Shown here: positions 1-7,887 of the stretch, piece by piece
Layout of the letters: each line of letters begins with the position of its first letter
How positions within the stretch are numbered: the stretch's first letter is position 1
Source of the DNA: Victivallaceae bacterium
Lineage (GTDB): Bacteria; Verrucomicrobiota; Lentisphaeria; Victivallales; Victivallaceae
Length of the DNA stretch: 44,413 nt
Direction of reading: 5' to 3'
Assembly: GCA_021647315.1 (NCBI GenBank)
Contig: JAKIUY010000025.1
Coordinates: 1-44,413, forward strand
Made by a program: the position numbers and the translations under genes
Notes under the pieces: generated by a model
The model's input: only the letters and a program-made list of their open reading frames with translations
Told to the model about the DNA's origin: nothing
Database searches by the model: none

Positions 1-47
1 ATAACCATTATAAAACTTATATTTAAAACTTTACTTCTCATGTCAAA

Positions 48-111
48 CTAAACGCACACTATACTTTAAGATATACTAAACGCACGGAATATTTTTTTGA
101 GTGTGCGTTTA
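48..111. promoter_or_regulatory. Three copies of TAAACGCAC (two direct, one inverted); copies 2 and 3 form an AAACGCAC/GTGCGTTT stem around a T-rich loop
   Basis: Read directly: TAAACGCACAC at 48-58, TAAACGCACGG at 79-89, GTGTGCGTTTA at 101-111. Function unknown; could be an operator or terminator upstream of the yqiJ-like gene. Confidence 0.25.
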
Positions 112-198
112 ACTTTTCAATTAACATATATAAAAGAGTAATGAATTTATGAGGTTGCACATTGCAATAACAGTTTTTGTGGTATATAATAGAATCTA

Positions 199-212
199 CA
201 GACGTTCGTCTG
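199..212. promoter_or_regulatory. 14-bp near-palindrome CAGACGTTCGTCTG; the same motif recurs at 25040-25053
   Basis: Read directly. Both copies lie less than 150 nt upstream of a start codon (yqiJ-like gene and AraC at 25065). Confidence 0.3.
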
Positions 213-218
213 GCTATA

Positions 219-256
219 CTGCTTCAAACTTCGCGACTGTGTCGCTACGGAAGCAG
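219..256 (-). repeat. Family-B structured repeat, copy 1 (two-stem hairpin CTGCTTC..GCGAC-tgt-GTCGC..GAAGCAG), inverted relative to the other copies
   Basis: Reverse complement aligns with 20080-20117 and 32511-32548. Outer and inner stems differ between copies by compensatory changes. Confidence 0.5.
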
Positions 257-339
257 AAAAGTAAATTATGTCGAAAGTTTTGTTCATATTAGGTACTAAG
301 TGCCTAGGTGAAAATGATTTAATCTTGAAGAGGTGAGTT

Positions 340-924
340 ATGAGTGAGATGATCAGTAAAGTTGGGGAATATCTGTCTAATGCACATTCAGTTTATTGGT
401 TTTTTGCCGTTATTGGCAGTGTGGTATTTATTATCCAATTCCTGTTGACCTTAATGGGGTTCGATGATGGCGGCACGGATATTGATGGTGACGGTGATAT
501 TTCGTTCGGCGAACATGCCGATAGTGGTTTAGGTGATTTTCATATCTTTTCAGTGCGCTCGATTGTCGCATTTGTGATGTTTTTTGGTTGGGGGGGCATC
601 TTATGGGGACATCACGGTTGGTTAGGTTTTTTTGGTGCACTGCTGCTCGGAATTGGAATGATGGTGGTTACCGCGTTTATTCTCTTGGGAATGATGAGAA
701 TGCAACAGGAAAGCAATATTGGCTCCAAAGATATTGTTGGATGCAGTGGAATTGTCTATTTGCGTATTCCGGAAAATGAACAGGGGAAAGTGACGGTTAC
801 TGTTGCGGAATGCACCCGTGAAATCAAGGCAATTGCCGATGAAGAACTTAAAAAAGGGATTGCCGTAGATGTTATTAAACATATTAACGGTCGCCTCTAT
901 AAAGTTAAAAAGATTGAAAGTTAG
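340..924 (+). CDS. NfeD-like / YqiJ-family membrane protein: N-terminal DGDGD acidic stretch, transmembrane segments, C-terminal OB-fold
   Basis: GAGGTGA ribosome-binding site before the ATG. C-terminus GIVYLRIPE..GKVTVTV..GIAVDVI is typical of NfeD short homologues. It sits directly upstream of a flotillin gene, the classic yqiJ-yqiK arrangement. Confidence 0.65.
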   Translation: MSEMISKVGEYLSNAHSVYWFFAVIGSVVFIIQFLLTLMGFDDGGTDIDGDGDISFGEHADSGLGDFHIFSVRSIVAFVMFFGWGGILWGHHGWLGFFGALLLGIGMMVVTAFILLGMMRMQQESNIGSKDIVGCSGIVYLRIPENEQGKVTVTVAECTREIKAIADEELKKGIAVDVIKHINGRLYKVKKIES

Positions 925-1025
925 ACTATTTTTAGTATTTAGTATATAACAAAAAACGGAAACAGGTTGTCGTCGACGAGGGGTCGAACTGGCAATAGTT
1001 TCCACATTAACAAAAGGAGTATATT

Positions 1026-2498
1026 ATGCCGCTTATTTTCGCAATTTCAACAGGAGCAACCGCAGTTATCTTAGTGGTAATAGCTGTTGTATTTATGTTG
1101 GGAACATTCATGGCTGTAGCCGCCAGGTATCGTAAATGTCCATCGGATAAGATTATGGTTATTTACGGTAAAACCGGTGGCGGGAAAGCGGCACAAACCA
1201 TTCATGGCGGGGCTAAATTTGTCTGGCCGGTTTTTCAGGATTACGGCTACTTGAGTTTGCGTCCAATGCAGATTGAAGTGAATCTGGATAACGCATTGTG
1301 TAATCAGAATATCCGGATCAATGTGCCATCGATTTTTACGGTTGGAATCAGTACTCAACTGGCAATTATGGGTAATGCGGCTGAAAGACTTTTCGGTCAG
1401 CATCCGGATGCCATCGCCGATCTGGCTAAAGATATTATTTTCGGTCAGTTGCGTCTGGTTATCGCTTCGATGACCATTGAGGAAATCAACGCCGACCGTG
1501 AAACATTCCTGCGCAATGTTGAACAGAACGTAACCGATGAGCTGAATAAAATCGGCCTTCAGTTGCTTAATGTTAATATTACCGACATCACTGATGAAAG
1601 CGGCTATATTGAAGCTATCGGTAAAAAAGCGGCTTCAGAAGCGATAAATCAGGCAAAAATAGCGGTAGCGGATGAAGTGCGGAAAGGGAGTATTGGTGAA
1701 GCTGATGCACGGAGGATTCAACGTATTGCGGTTTCAAAGGCCGATGCTGAAGCCCAAGTGGGTGAAGCAAATGCTGACCGTGATCGTCGTGTTGCAATTA
1801 AACAGGCTGATGCGACTGCTACTGAAGGTGAAAATATCTCTGCGGTTGAAATTGCTAAATCAAATGCAATTCGTATGGAACAGGAAGCGGAAGCTTTCCG
1901 TAAATCTGAAACGGCGAAAAAAGTTGCGGGAGCTGAAATCGAACGGGCTGAATTTGAAGCTGAAAGGGTTGCTCAGACAGCCAGAGCAGGTATGGAAACT
2001 GAAAAACAGCATGCTGACACCATTGTTCCGGCAGAAATTCATAAACAACAGGTTGAAATCATGGCTGAAGCGCAGGCGGAAAAAATGCGGCGTGAGGCGA
2101 AAGGTGAAGCCGATGCGATTTATGCCCGCCTTGAAGCTAAAGCTCGCGGTAACTTTGAAATACTGAAAGCCAAAGGAACCGGTTTCAGTGAAATTATTAC
2201 TGCTTGTAATAAAGATGCTGATGCAGCAGCTAAGATGTTGATGATTGAAAAAATCCAGGAAATTGTCAAACTGCAGACTGAAGCGATCAAGAATATCAAG
2301 ATTGATAAAGTTACAGTTTGGGAAGGTGGACAGAATGGTGACGGTAAAACCTCTACCGCTAATTTTCTCAGTGGCATGATGCAGAGTTTACCGCCGATTC
2401 ATGACTTGGCTGGAATGGCTGGTGTTGAACTGCCGGATTATCTCGGTAAAGTAAAAGGCGAGGATGTCGTTGAAGCTCAACCAGCAGCTAAGGCGTAA
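1026..2498 (+). CDS. Flotillin-like SPFH/band-7 protein (YqiK/FloT-like)
   Basis: N-terminal transmembrane anchor, an SPFH-like domain, then a long Ala/Glu/Lys-rich coiled-coil repeat region. AAAGGAG ribosome-binding site. Partner of the upstream NfeD-like gene. Confidence 0.8.
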   Translation: MPLIFAISTGATAVILVVIAVVFMLGTFMAVAARYRKCPSDKIMVIYGKTGGGKAAQTIHGGAKFVWPVFQDYGYLSLRPMQIEVNLDNALCNQNIRINVPSIFTVGISTQLAIMGNAAERLFGQHPDAIADLAKDIIFGQLRLVIASMTIEEINADRETFLRNVEQNVTDELNKIGLQLLNVNITDITDESGYIEAIGKKAASEAINQAKIAVADEVRKGSIGEADARRIQRIAVSKADAEAQVGEANADRDRRVAIKQADATATEGENISAVEIAKSNAIRMEQEAEAFRKSETAKKVAGAEIERAEFEAERVAQTARAGMETEKQHADTIVPAEIHKQQVEIMAEAQAEKMRREAKGEADAIYARLEAKARGNFEILKAKGTGFSEIITACNKDADAAAKMLMIEKIQEIVKLQTEAIKNIKIDKVTVWEGGQNGDGKTSTANFLSGMMQSLPPIHDLAGMAGVELPDYLGKVKGEDVVEAQPAAKA

Positions 2499-2518
2499 TC
2501 AATAGTTTTCTTCTCCTC

Positions 2519-2560
2519 GGGTTGTCAGCTGGAATATATCCAGCAGGCAACCCTTTTTTT
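2519..2560 (+). terminator. Rho-independent terminator after the flotillin gene
   Basis: GGGTTGTCAGCTGG-aatatat-CCAGCAGGCAACCC followed by T7. Confidence 0.6.
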
Positions 2561-2580
2561 ATCTTTTTTTGAATCCAATA

Positions 2581-2745
2581 GGAAATTATTTCATCTGTAG
2601 CTGCGCTCGTGTAGGTATTTTTGACAGGACAACAGGATAAAACAGGATAAAATAAAAAATATTTGTGTCTCCGTGGTTTTCTTTTTCCTCAAAATACCTA
2701 CCCGAACGCAGTGACAGATGAAGCGTAGCGTAATAATTTCCATTA
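2581..2745. mobile_element. MITE-like element of about 165 bp with imperfect terminal inverted repeats of about 50 bp and a central ACAGGATAAAACAGGATAAAA box
   Basis: Left arm 2581-2628 (GGAAATTATT..TCATCTGTAGCTGCGCTCGTGTAGGTATTTTTGACAGG) matches the reverse complement of 2685-2740 (GGAAATTATTACGCTACGCTTCATCTGTCACTGCGTTCGGGTAGGTATTTTGAGG). A second, truncated copy is at 6121-6210. Confidence 0.45.
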
Positions 2746-2913
2746 GGTCAAGATAAGTGAACAAACCAAACAACTGGTACTTGATGGTAGTAATAGTCTT
2801 GGTTATCGTCGTAACGAGATCGCCCGTTCGATGGTAACCAAATCAGTCCCACCATATACCATTGTCGGTGGTAATCCCGCCAAGATCATCAAAACAATAG
2901 AACATGAGAATTG
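2746..2913 (+). pseudogene. 3' remnant of a hexapeptide-repeat O-acetyltransferase (Mac/LacA-like), last ~55 codons only
   Basis: Translates to ..VLDGSNSLGYRRNEIARSMVTKSVPPYTIVGGNPAKIIKTIEHEN*, the usual C-terminus of maltose/galactoside acetyltransferases. There is no start and no upstream body; the fragment begins at the right inverted repeat of the MITE-like element. Confidence 0.55.
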
Positions 2914-3037
2914 AAGATTTTTTCATTAAACTGTTTGATGATTATAATATTGCTGATAAATTGCAGATGACTGAAAGATAACAATAAAAGCCTTTAATAT
3001 TGATTTTAAAATTTGTAATATAATCAGGAATATATTT

Positions 3038-5527
3038 ATGACAAAACCGACTGTTCATTTGATTTGTAATGCCCACCTCGATCCGGTCTGGCTCTGGGAA
3101 TGGGAAGAGGGAGCTGCTGAGGCAATTAGTACATTTAGAGTCGCTGCCGATTTCTGTGATGAATTCGATGGCTTTGTTTTTAATCATAACGAAGTTATTC
3201 TTTACGAATGGGTCGAAGATTACGAACCGGAATTGTTTGCCCGCATTCAGCGCTTGGTTAAAGCTGGCAAATGGCATATCATGGGTGGCTGGTACTTGCA
3301 GCCTGACTGTAATATGCCCAGCGGAGAATCTTTTGTCCGCCAAATCCTGCTTGGTCAAAACTATTTTCAGGATAAATTCGGGGTGTCACCAACGACTGCG
3401 ATCAACTTTGATCCGTTCGGTCACACTCAAGGGCTGGTGCAGATTCTGGCAAAAAGCGGTTATGATGCATATCTTTTCTGCCGCCCGGGTACTACTGATA
3501 TAACTCTGCCACGTGAAGAATTTATCTGGCAAGGTTATGATGGTTCACAGGTGTTGGCAACTCGCCTATTCGGCGCATATTTAAGTGCTCGTGGAAAAGC
3601 GGCGGAAAAAGTTGAAAATTTACTTAAAGAAAGAAAGGATTTCAACCATATCGCTGTCGCCTGGGGTGTCGGTAATCACGGCGGTGGACCATCAAAAATT
3701 GATCTGAAAAAACTCTCGGCATTGGCGGCAGAACGCGATGACTTGAATATTATTCACTCTACACCGGAAAAATATTTCGCTGAACTGAACAGTGAACGTG
3801 TTGACCTGCCGGTGCGTGATGATGATATTAACCCATGGTCAGTGGGTTGTTATACTTCACAGGTTAGATTGAAACAGCTGCATCGTCAAATTGAAAATGA
3901 ACTCTATAAAACAGAAAAAATGCTAACAAATGCTTGGCGTCAGGGCCGCATGGAGTATCCAGCTGAAAAAATGGCGGAAGCGATGCGTGATCTTTGCCAT
4001 GCGGAATTCCATGACATTCTGCCCGGCTCATCTATTCAGCCGGTCGAAGATACTTCAATTCGCCTGATGAATCATGGGCTGGAAATTCTTTCACGCCTCA
4101 AAGCCAAGGCATTTTTTGCCCTCGCAGCCGGACAGCCGAAAGCCGTTGAAGATACGATTCCTATCCTGGTATACAATCCACACCCCTATCCGATCACAAC
4201 GACAGTTGAATGCGAATTTCAATTGGCCGATCAGAATTGGGATGGTGATTTTACCCTTTGTCAGGTAAAAAATAGTTCAGAAAAACTGCCAACCCAGCTT
4301 GAACAGGAAGATAGCCATCTAAATCTCGACTGGCGCAAAAAAGTTGTCTTCAACGCCACCTTGGCACCGTCACAGATGAACCGTTTTGACTGCGATCTGA
4401 TAAAAGTGGACAAACGACCCCTGCCCGATCTTAAGCCGCTCAATGGAGGTTATACTATTGATAATGGCGAGCTTAAAGTCAGGATAAACAGCCGAACCGG
4501 GCTCCTTGACTGTTATGAAGTTGCCGGGAAAAATATTCTGGCCCGTCAAGCATTCAAACCACTGGTTATGGCTGATAATGAAGATCCATGGGGTATGAAA
4601 ACGACAAAGTTCCGCAAAAAAGCTGGAGCATTCAAATTGATGTCAAAACAGGCCAGCGCAGAACATACCGGCATTAAAGCAACTGAAATTTCTTCGGTGC
4701 GGGTGATTGAATATGGTACGGTAAGAACTGTTATTGAAGCATCGTTATGTTATAATAATTCATTTATGCTGATCTCCTATAAAATTCCGGCAACCGGGAC
4801 TGAACTCGAAGTTGAAGTGCGGGTGACCTGGAATGAAAAAGATAAAATGCTCAAACTCTCATTGCCACTGGCTTTTGAGGCGTCAAACAGTCATGCTCAA
4901 ACCGCCTACGGTTTTCATGCATTGCCGATGAACGGCGATGAGGCTATCGCACAAAAATGGCTAACCGCAAGCTCTACGACTACAGATAATGCGTTACTGG
5001 TAATTGATGACAGCACCTATGGTTGTGATGTAACAAACAAAGAACTGCGTTTGAGTCTGTTACGTTCTTCAGCCTACAGCGGGCACCCGATTAATGACCG
5101 GGATATTGTGCCGCAGGATCGTTTTACCGCCAGAATAGATCAGGGCGAGCGTATCTTTAAATTCTGGATTAATGGTGGTTCCGTTGCGAAAATAAGCCAG
5201 CATGCTGAACGAGCGGCATTGAACAAAAACGAGCAGCCGGTAGCACTGTCATTCTTCCCCAGCGGGCACGGACAACCGGTCAGTCAGGGGCCGGTATTGC
5301 ATGGCGATCATACCATTATCATGACCGCCTGCAAGAAAGCTGAAACTGAAGATGCACTTATTATCAGATTATATAATGGCTCTGCAAAAACAGCACAGAC
5401 TGCGTTGACCATAGCGGAGACCAATATATTATCAACTGAAATCTCTTTCAATAAGTTTGAAGTAAAAACCCTGAAAGTAGATTTGTCAACAGGAACCGTG
5501 CAGGAATGCAACATGATGGAAAAATAA
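3038..5527 (+). CDS. Glycoside hydrolase family 38 alpha-mannosidase (MngB-like)
   Basis: N-terminus HLICNAHLDPVWLW matches the GH38 HxHxDxxW signature. Length 829 aa. Confidence 0.8.
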   Translation: MTKPTVHLICNAHLDPVWLWEWEEGAAEAISTFRVAADFCDEFDGFVFNHNEVILYEWVEDYEPELFARIQRLVKAGKWHIMGGWYLQPDCNMPSGESFVRQILLGQNYFQDKFGVSPTTAINFDPFGHTQGLVQILAKSGYDAYLFCRPGTTDITLPREEFIWQGYDGSQVLATRLFGAYLSARGKAAEKVENLLKERKDFNHIAVAWGVGNHGGGPSKIDLKKLSALAAERDDLNIIHSTPEKYFAELNSERVDLPVRDDDINPWSVGCYTSQVRLKQLHRQIENELYKTEKMLTNAWRQGRMEYPAEKMAEAMRDLCHAEFHDILPGSSIQPVEDTSIRLMNHGLEILSRLKAKAFFALAAGQPKAVEDTIPILVYNPHPYPITTTVECEFQLADQNWDGDFTLCQVKNSSEKLPTQLEQEDSHLNLDWRKKVVFNATLAPSQMNRFDCDLIKVDKRPLPDLKPLNGGYTIDNGELKVRINSRTGLLDCYEVAGKNILARQAFKPLVMADNEDPWGMKTTKFRKKAGAFKLMSKQASAEHTGIKATEISSVRVIEYGTVRTVIEASLCYNNSFMLISYKIPATGTELEVEVRVTWNEKDKMLKLSLPLAFEASNSHAQTAYGFHALPMNGDEAIAQKWLTASSTTTDNALLVIDDSTYGCDVTNKELRLSLLRSSAYSGHPINDRDIVPQDRFTARIDQGERIFKFWINGGSVAKISQHAERAALNKNEQPVALSFFPSGHGQPVSQGPVLHGDHTIIMTACKKAETEDALIIRLYNGSAKTAQTALTIAETNILSTEISFNKFEVKTLKVDLSTGTVQECNMMEK

Positions 5528-5529
5528 AA

Positions 5530-5720
5530 TTATTTTGACATGCCAACCTGTCTGGCTATTTTTTCTAAACTCCAGTTATGCGTAAATTTATCTTCCAGCA
5601 AAGTTATGACTTTACTTGTTTTAAGCAAAGCTTTACCATTGCTGCTGCTGGTTGTACTATATTGCCGTGCCAGAAAGACCATAAGTTCCAGCAAAAGGGC
5701 AATTAGCCGTGCTTCATATC
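5530..5720 (-). pseudogene. Internal fragment of an AraC-family regulator (linker plus first HTH helix), truncated at both ends
   Basis: ..RLIALLLELMVFLARQ..WSLEKIARQVGMSK* ends with TAA right after the first HTH helix. An upstream in-frame stop at 5872-5874 shows there is no N-terminal sensing domain. Confidence 0.45.
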
Positions 5721-5808
5721 CCGGAGGTCTGTTTTGGCTTTCTTGCTCCATGGACTTTACTACTTCTACACATCTGGAGAGTGCTGCACGGTCAAGATGA
5801 AGGCGGCT

Positions 5809-6119
5809 GCAATTTTGATGCCAAACTGCGGCGTGGTTCAACTGATCTCAATGATCTTTTTTACGGTCATATCGGGGCAATGGATACCTTCGCAAAAGGA
5901 CTATTACTTGCTGATAAAATAATTAGTGATGGCATTATTGATAATGTCGTTGATGAGCGTTATATTAGCTACAAAGAGGAAATCTGAGTTGATATAATGA
6001 ACAGTTCAACTGATTTGGATGCGCTTGAAAAATACACCAGACAAAACGGTGAACATGAACAATTAGGCGGCAGGCAGGAGCACCTTGAAAATATCATAAA
6101 CAGTTATATTTTAACCTAA
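5809..6119 (+). pseudogene. xylA: xylA (xylose isomerase) 3' remnant, last ~100 codons, interrupted by an in-frame TGA at 5985-5987
   Basis: [34 protein letters not shown]...ERYISYKEEI*VDIMNSSTDLDALEKYTRQNGEHEQLGGRQEHLENIINSYILT* aligns with the XylA C-terminus ([31 protein letters not shown]...SGRQEQLENLVNHYL). The N-terminal ~330 codons are missing. Confidence 0.7.
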
Positions 6120-6120
6120 T

Positions 6121-6210
6121 AGGAAATTATTACGCCACGCTTCATCTGTCACTGCGTTCGGGTAGGTATTTTGACAGGATAACAGGATAAAACAGGATAA
6201 AATAAAAAAT
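6121..6210. repeat. Truncated second copy of the MITE-like element (one inverted-repeat arm plus central ACAGGAT box), continuing into an imperfect ~26-bp palindrome
   Basis: GGAAATTATTACGCCACGCTTCATCTGTCACTGCGTTCGGGTAGGTATTTTGACAGGATAACAGGATAAAACAGGATAAAATAAAAAATCCTGTTAATCTTGTTCATCCTGTC. ACAGGAT occurs twice and ATCCTGT twice around an A-rich centre. Confidence 0.45.
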
Positions 6211-6244
6211 CCTGTTAATCTTGTTCATCCTGTCTGAAAAAGTT

Positions 6245-6261
6245 CCGGCAAAGCCGGTTAT
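6245..6261 (+). promoter_or_regulatory. Family-A motif CCGGCAAAGCCGG-TTAT, 30 nt upstream of xylB
   Basis: A 5-3-5 palindrome followed by TTAT. Identical cores at 17088-17104, 42939-42955 and 43666-43682, all in the + orientation and all upstream of + strand genes. Confidence 0.4.
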
Positions 6262-6290
6262 GTTCTAAAGTAAAATCAAAAGGCAATATT

Positions 6291-7859
6291 ATGAGTTTAT
6301 ATTTAGGATTAGACAGCAGTACTCAAGGGCTTAAGGCAATAATTATTGATCCGGTACCGGGTGAGATTGTTTATTCAGAACAGGTCAATTACAGCCAAGA
6401 TCTGCCTGAATACAATTGTCCTGATGGGGTATTGGATAACTCGGATCCATTAATTAAACATGCCTCGCCATTAATGTGGGCTGCGGCGCTTGATCTGCTT
6501 TTGGAAAAAATGTACCAGAATGGTGCTCCACTGAGCAGTATCGGTGCTATCAGCGGTTCAGGACAGCAACATGGTTCGGTTTATCTTAATGATAAATTTA
6601 CCGATATGCTGGCAAAACTTAATCCGATAGAAAACTTGGCTACTCAAATTGCACCGACGTTATCCCGGACAACTTCACCGATTTGGATGGATAGTTCAAC
6701 TTCAGCTGAATGCGAAGAGTTGATGGAAAAATTCGGCAAAAGAGTACAGCTTGAGACCGGTTCGCCAGCAATAGAACGTTTTACCGGCCCGCAAATTAGC
6801 AAATTTTTCAAAGAACAGCCTGAACATTATGCCGCCACCGCGACTATTCATCTGGTCAGCTCATTTATGGCATCACTATTATGCGGTGCTACTGCACCGA
6901 TTGATTACGGTGACGGAGCAGGCATGAATCTATTGAATCTTAAAACCCGGCAATGGGATGATGAAATTGTCGAATTTACCGCACCCGATTTATTGAATAA
7001 ACTACCTCCGGTAGTTCCGTCAGCGACGGTTGCCGGACAGCTTCACCCCTATTTTGCAAAATATGGACTATGCAGTGGAATACCAATCGTTAGCTGGTCA
7101 GGCGATAATCCATGTAGTCTGACCGGCAGCGGAGCCGCTAAACCGGGTTTAGCGGTAATAAGTTTTGGCACTAGCGATACATTTTTTGCGGTAATGGATG
7201 AGTTTAAAGTTGATCCTCAAGGTTATGGTCACCTGTTCGGTAATCAGGCTGGTGGTTTTATGAGTCTGATCTGTTTTAAAAATGGTTCATTAGCCCGTGA
7301 AAAAATAAAAGCTGATTATGGCGTTGACTGGGACTGGTTCGGCAATGAGGCATTTGAATTGACCCCACCAGGCAATAACGGTAATATGCTGTTGCCATAT
7401 TTCGTCCCAGAGATTACACCATTAATCCTTGCCCCTGGAGTCAGACGTCGCGGGACAGAACAGTTCTGTTCCGGCAGCGGCAGGGCCGCTGAAAATATTC
7501 GTGCGGTCGTTGAAGCCCAGATTATGAATATTAAATTGCATTCACAATGGATTGGCGACAAGTTCAATACCATTAGAGTCACCGGTGGAGCTTCGCAGAG
7601 CCGAGGATTATGCCAAACAGTAGCCGATATCTTTCAGACCAAAGTAGAAAAAATCTTAATCCCGGATTCAGCCGCCTTAGGCAGTGCCATGTGGGCCGCT
7701 ACTGCGGCTGGAAATATTGAACTAAGTGAATTGAACGATAAATTCACCAAAGCCACCGAAGTCATCATGCCAAATATTCAAACCGCATCAGTATATGCAA
7801 CAATGACCAAACAATTCGTTACCTTCCAATTTATCTCTTCAGCTACGCTCCAGGCCTAA
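6291..7859 (+). CDS. xylB: Xylulokinase, eukaryote-type (XK-1 / XYLB-like) FGGY kinase
   Basis: MSLYLGLDSSTQGLKAIIID, PLMWAAALDLLLEKM, SGSGQQHGSVY, PIWMDSST, ERFTGPQISK, PIDYGDGAGMNLL, SWSGDNPCSL and GTSDT all match human XYLB and Bacteroidetes xylulokinases. Confidence 0.85.
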   Translation: MSLYLGLDSSTQGLKAIIIDPVPGEIVYSEQVNYSQDLPEYNCPDGVLDNSDPLIKHASPLMWAAALDLLLEKMYQNGAPLSSIGAISGSGQQHGSVYLNDKFTDMLAKLNPIENLATQIAPTLSRTTSPIWMDSSTSAECEELMEKFGKRVQLETGSPAIERFTGPQISKFFKEQPEHYAATATIHLVSSFMASLLCGATAPIDYGDGAGMNLLNLKTRQWDDEIVEFTAPDLLNKLPPVVPSATVAGQLHPYFAKYGLCSGIPIVSWSGDNPCSLTGSGAAKPGLAVISFGTSDTFFAVMDEFKVDPQGYGHLFGNQAGGFMSLICFKNGSLAREKIKADYGVDWDWFGNEAFELTPPGNNGNMLLPYFVPEITPLILAPGVRRRGTEQFCSGSGRAAENIRAVVEAQIMNIKLHSQWIGDKFNTIRVTGGASQSRGLCQTVADIFQTKVEKILIPDSAALGSAMWAATAAGNIELSELNDKFTKATEVIMPNIQTASVYATMTKQFVTFQFISSATLQA

Positions 7860-7887
7860 ATATGCAGTGCTGAGCCCTTGACGTTTT

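Noticed and set aside
961-1010. Palindrome TCGTCGACGA inside a GGAAAC...GTTTCC hairpin between the yqiJ-like and flotillin genes
   Set aside because: Plausibly just an intercistronic stem-loop. There is a single occurrence, so no inference about function is possible.
1672-2166. 164-aa Lys/Arg-rich ORF (and other ORFs at 1071-1403, 1860-2048, 2120-2377) inside the flotillin gene
   Set aside because: These are alternative-frame or antisense reads of the GAA/GCT-rich coiled-coil coding repeats of the flotillin gene. They have no ribosome-binding site and are low-complexity.
3069-3503. 144-aa ORF overlapping the GH38 start in another frame
   Set aside because: It lies fully inside the well-supported GH38 coding sequence and has no independent signals.
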